Assembly: GCA_040754495.1 (NCBI GenBank)
Contig: JBFMCO010000014.1
Location: 1-58,314, forward strand
Origin: Candidatus Micrarchaeota archaeon
Lineage (GTDB): Archaea > Micrarchaeota > Micrarchaeia > Anstonellales > Bilamarchaeaceae
Reading direction: 5' to 3'
DNA: 58,314 bases
Position 1 is the stretch's first letter. Every line of letters begins with the position of its first letter. A program made the translations under genes and the position numbers. The notes under the pieces were generated by a model that worked only from the letters and a program-made list of their open reading frames with translations, had not been told where the DNA came from and searched no databases. Below are positions 55,589 to 58,314 of the stretch, piece by piece.

Positions 55589-57197
55589 ACTTTTTCTCTA
55601 TCTCCGCCATCTTCCTGTCTATGCGCTTCTCGGCCTCGAGCCGCTCGAGCGCGTATTCTTTCATGTCCATGAACTTCATGCCGGATGCGAGGAGCGGGTG
55701 GGCCCTCTGTATCTGCCTGAACATCTCCTGCGCAACGTGCCGGTAGTCCGGGTGGCCCTGCATGGAGCTCCGGAGCTCGAGCATGTGGTACGCCTCCCGC
55801 AGGTTGAACGTCATATACCAGCGGACGTTGTAGGCGAGCGGCAGGACGTACTGCGCTTCCGCCGGATGCTTCTTCGATATCTTTTCGTAGGCCTCTTTCG
55901 CGGCGTCCATAGCAGCCCTGAATTCCCTGTCGTATTCCGCATCGACCAGCTCCTGCGGAAGCTTGTAGCCGAGGGAAGGGTTCAGGAGCTGCCTCTGCTG
56001 GGTGAGCACCCTGTGCCTGTGGATGTCGCGATAGGCCCCGAAGTTGGCCACCACGTCGAACGTATAGAAGACGTGCTCGAAGGCTCGCCCGGGCTTGTGC
56101 CTCCGGTTCTCCCGCTCGTTTATGTAGGACCTGATTACTGTCTCCTTCTCCTGCGCGCTCATCCTGTCCACGATGATTCCTATCTCGTCAAGGGGCTTCT
56201 GCATGTGCGGGAACAGCGCCGCGACGAGCGCCTTGCGCTCCGCGTCCCTGTCGTAGTCTATCAGCCTGACGCCCTCGGACCCGGAGGCTCCCGGATGCTT
56301 CGAGGCAGCGGCGGCCATGTCCCGCCTTGCGCGGCGGAAATAGCCCTGCATCGACTGGCCGTATCTGTCATTCGCCCTCTTCACGAAAGACGGTATCACA
56401 GCGGCAAGCTCGGTCTGCATGAGCCCTGCAAGCTCCCGCATCTCCGCAAGGTCGTCCGCATACATCTTCGTAATGAGATACTCGAAAGCGCGGCCGTCCC
56501 CGAAGAAGCCCATGTTCGTGAGCGTGGATGATGGCAGGAGGCCGCGCAGGATGTCGCACGTCTTGGCCCTTATCGTGGACTTGTAGGCCCGCTCGGACGT
56601 CTGTTCGTCCCTGGGCGTGCGCTCGATGACGTATGATGATACCTTCGGTATGAGGTCCGCGTACGTCTGGAAGCACAGGTCGCAGGTCTGCTCGTAGAGC
56701 TCCGCGAACCCGGACGACATCAGCGTCTTCTCCCTAAGATATCTCCATCTGCCGTCTTTCTTGTCGTCGAAATAGACGTACCTCGTGGATTTCTCCAGGG
56801 GCGACAGGCCAATCCTCGAGTCCTCTACCATCTTCGTGGCGATGATTGAGATTTCTTCGAGCGCGACATGGGCGCCGGCAAGCTCGGCAACCGAGTCGTC
56901 GCCGTATCCCACGAGCACCCTCTCGTAGAACTCCTCGGCCTTTTTCGTCTGGATTATGGACGAGCCCTTCGGGGCGGAATCCAGGAGCTCCCTGAGCCCG
57001 AGTTCCGGTGCCTGCATGAACTCCTCGAGCAGCACCCTGCGCAGGCTCTTTGCGCTCCTGCTGTAGCGCGAGAAAAGCGCGCCCTTGACTACTTCCGGAA
57101 GGTTCGTCAGGGCGAATACCGGCTTGTCAAGATTGCTGACAAAAGGGCGGAGGAGGCGCCTCTCCTCCTCGCTGAATTCCTCCATGGCCAACATCAT
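55572..57197 (-). CDS. thyX: Long two-domain ThyX-family flavin-dependent thymidylate synthase
   Basis: YGD.SVAEL, EKSTRYV in domain 1; DIHRHR..QQ, EAQYVLP, NLRE.YH..ELR in domain 2. Confidence 0.8.
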   Translation of the reverse strand: MMLAMEEFSEEERRLLRPFVSNLDKPVFALTNLPEVVKGALFSRYSRSAKSLRRVLLEEFMQAPELGLRELLDSAPKGSSIIQTKKAEEFYERVLVGYGDDSVAELAGAHVALEEISIIATKMVEDSRIGLSPLEKSTRYVYFDDKKDGRWRYLREKTLMSSGFAELYEQTCDLCFQTYADLIPKVSSYVIERTPRDEQTSERAYKSTIRAKTCDILRGLLPSSTLTNMGFFGDGRAFEYLITKMYADDLAEMRELAGLMQTELAAVIPSFVKRANDRYGQSMQGYFRRARRDMAAAASKHPGASGSEGVRLIDYDRDAERKALVAALFPHMQKPLDEIGIIVDRMSAQEKETVIRSYINERENRRHKPGRAFEHVFYTFDVVANFGAYRDIHRHRVLTQQRQLLNPSLGYKLPQELVDAEYDREFRAAMDAAKEAYEKISKKHPAEAQYVLPLAYNVRWYMTFNLREAYHMLELRSSMQGHPDYRHVAQEMFRQIQRAHPLLASGMKFMDMKEYALERLEAEKRIDRKMAEIEKKYGDKG

Positions 57198-57312
57198 GCC
57201 GATATAGGTTTTTATGGGCTTGGTTCGGCTTTTTAAATTGTCTTATTTAAAGACAACTAGTGGTTTGATGAGGGGGGCCCATTATCCTGATTTTGATAAG
57301 CCGCCCGGCCGC

Positions 57313-57855
57313 ATGAAGAGGCTCGCGGCTGCGGTGTTCTCAGCGTATCTCCTGTCATCGTGCGCCCATGCGCCCGATGCCTCCCTGAACCGGCCTGTGG
57401 CCGCAGCGGAGAAAATACAGCCCGGTGGCCTGCAGGGCCAATGGGAGCGCGGCGAGTGCAGTTTCAGCGGCAATTCTGTTTCCTACAGGGAACTGCCGGG
57501 CGGAAGGGAGGCAACGCTCCGGCTCGACGTCCAGGTGCGCGGGGCCGAATCAGTGCTCTGCTCGGACGGCTTCACGGTCGTAGTCAGCCCGGGCAGCATG
57601 GCCGTCGCAATCGGCGCTGAAGGCGTGCTTGATGGCCAGGAGATGCTCGGCATCCTGGGGGGCCGGTTCGTCGTCGCGAACTCCTACGAGATAAACACCG
57701 GCCGGCTGGAACGGAGCGGCGCGCTCACCCGCACGGGGCGGATCGTTGGCGGCCGGCTGGTCGTGCCGTCGGCCTCGGGAGGCAGCTGGAGCATAGACCT
57801 CGCGGACCCGTTCCGGGGATGGGACCGCTCGTCAGGCCGCTGGAGCATTTATTAG
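57313..57855 (+). CDS. Hypothetical lipoprotein
   Basis: MKRLAAAV...LLSSC lipobox. Confidence 0.6.
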   Translation: MKRLAAAVFSAYLLSSCAHAPDASLNRPVAAAEKIQPGGLQGQWERGECSFSGNSVSYRELPGGREATLRLDVQVRGAESVLCSDGFTVVVSPGSMAVAIGAEGVLDGQEMLGILGGRFVVANSYEINTGRLERSGALTRTGRIVGGRLVVPSASGGSWSIDLADPFRGWDRSSGRWSIY

Positions 57856-57887
57856 GGTTATGAAAGCATAGTGGAATTGGTGTATTT

Positions 57888-58314
57888 ATGACTGGACCGA
57901 GAACGAGGGAGCCCGAAGCGCAGGAGCAGAGGAGGCCGGCCGAGATTACCATACCGAGGCTGAGCCCTGAAGAGACCGCAAGGCGTGCCGGCACCGGCTA
58001 CGATGCGGCCGTGAACGCGGTCATGCGCCAGCACTTTGGCGCCGCCCCGCCCGCAGCCGAGATAACCGCCCTAAGGAACATGGTTAATGAGCGCGCAAGG
58101 GGCGGGCAGGACGTGGACTTCGGCGCGGTGCTTGATGACTATGTCGCCCAGAACCCCAATTCCCTCATCGCAAGATACTATCAGGCCGCAGGCGGGGCCA
58201 CCGACTGGCTTCTTGTCCGGGGGCAGGTCGGCTTCAACCGGAGCGTCTTCCAGGCCAACATCCGCTCCTCCTTCCAGGCCGGCAGGCAGCCATTCGTGAA
58301 TGCGCTTGTCGAGC
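57888..58314 (+). CDS. Hypothetical protein, truncated by window end
   Basis: ATG 57888, frame open to the end (MTGPRTREPEAQ...). Confidence 0.55.
   Translation, partial: MTGPRTREPEAQEQRRPAEITIPRLSPEETARRAGTGYDAAVNAVMRQHFGAAPPAAEITALRNMVNERARGGQDVDFGAVLDDYVAQNPNSLIARYYQAAGGATDWLLVRGQVGFNRSVFQANIRSSFQAGRQPFVNALVE

Overview
GC-rich archaeal chromosomal segment, most likely DPANN/Micrarchaeota. The evidence is an epsilon2-type tRNA splicing endonuclease with the GTYK ARMAN-type loop, four tRNA genes carrying 2-3 introns each (several non-canonical), separate priS/priL, DP1, Cdc6, aCPSF1-psmB and archaeal HMG-CoA synthase. The first 9 kb is a divergently regulated envelope thiol/metal operon. 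It holds three CcdA-like proteins, a CxxC protein, a rhodanese fusion, YHS, several Cys-rich microproteins absent from the ORF track, and three membrane-anchored proteins ending in MVGGC-COOH, apparently under a BlaI/CopY repressor and BlaR-like peptidase. Most of the middle is housekeeping, with an arginine cluster and orphan Hanks kinases. At 46.0-49.6 kb a three-intron tRNA-Ile(UAU) is the target of a 3.2-kb element bounded by a 20-bp att repeat. Its tyrosine integrase is split by att and would be rebuilt in frame on excision. Two short repeat families (a CGCCTTTT/AAAAGGCG palindrome and GGTTTCC heptamer hairpins) are shared between tRNA introns, in-frame insertions in protein genes and the ends of this element. 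All calls are by eye, without database searches.
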